Assembly (NCBI GenBank): GCA_028681135.1
Contig: JAQUJC010000007.1
Coordinates: forward strand, 57-64,056
Direction: 5' to 3'
Length of the DNA: 64,000 bases
Origin: Kiritimatiellia bacterium
GTDB lineage: Bacteria; Verrucomicrobiota; Kiritimatiellia; CAIQIC01; Lenti-01
Under the pieces are notes generated by a model. The model had not been told where the DNA came from and ran no database searches. It was given only the letters and a program-made list of their open reading frames with translations. This document shows, piece by piece, positions 64,000 to 64,000 of this stretch. The position numbers were made by a program, and so were the translations under genes. Numbering within the stretch: the stretch's first letter is position 1; the number at the start of each line of letters is the position of its first letter.

Positions 64000-64000
64000 C

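Noticed and set aside
1-64000. Exosortase/PEP-CTERM system
   Set aside because: Several genes resemble families that are often PEP-CTERM-locus-associated (FemAB subfamily, VDVEDW-type deacetylase, a beta-barrel). However, no exosortase gene and no protein with a C-terminal PEP-CTERM motif was found in this window, including the giant protein. The link is therefore not claimed.
1-64000. CRISPR arrays, rRNA or tRNA genes
   Set aside because: There are no regularly spaced direct repeats with unique spacers. The intergenic regions inspected (55529-55698, 61937-62049, 62983-63693) contain no tRNA-like cloverleaf or rRNA-like conserved stretches.

Overview
This is a high-GC (~62%) bacterial chromosome segment. 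Its organism looks Gram-negative, possibly a Verrucomicrobia- or Planctomycetes-like lineage, but that is only a guess. Positions ~240-33900 are one long co-directional (+ strand) surface-polysaccharide locus. It has a Wza-like exporter, a Wzc-like chain-length/BY-kinase, a Wzx-like flippase and two Wzy_C (O-antigen ligase/polymerase family) proteins. It also carries a Pgl-type amino-sugar pathway (PglF/CapD dehydratase, DegT aminotransferase, hexapeptide acetyltransferases, PglC-like priming transferase, a Gfo/Idh/MocA oxidoreductase and a WecB epimerase). Further genes are five GT4 glycosyltransferases, two SAM methyltransferases, several polysaccharide-deacetylase-like proteins (one of the PEP-CTERM-locus type) and, unusually, four FemAB/Acetyltransf_6 paralogs. 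Directly downstream (33.9-38.2 kb) is a peptide-modification-like module. It holds two radical-SAM/SPASM enzymes (one with a fused PqqD/RRE-like N-terminus), a stand-alone tandem-PqqD protein and an HprK-related P-loop kinase. A 9.4 kb gene follows, encoding a 3130-aa surface protein with tandem SdrD-B-like, DUF11-like, gingipain (C25)-like peptidase and five YDG/MBG repeats. After it come a strongly RBS-preceded 134-aa Cys/Gly-rich peptide, an S24/S26-like peptidase, an NTP_transf_5-like nucleotidyltransferase, a fused ABC exporter, a putative outer-membrane beta-barrel and a lipoprotein. Together these suggest a previously uncharacterised RiPP-like or peptide-decoration system coupled to the polysaccharide/adhesin locus. 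The right end (53.9-64 kb) is housekeeping or ordinary and mostly on the minus strand: prfC, a cdaA-cdaR c-di-AMP module, a TPR protein, a sugar ABC importer, a PAP2 phosphatase and a truncated transposase-like ORF at the window edge. Other notable DNA-level features are two heptanucleotide tandem-repeat tracts that each immediately precede a four-helix-bundle (TIGR02436-type) gene, two related long perfect palindromes acting as terminators, and many G/C homopolymer tracts of 9-13 nt inside surface-polysaccharide genes. No rRNA, tRNA or CRISPR array was seen.
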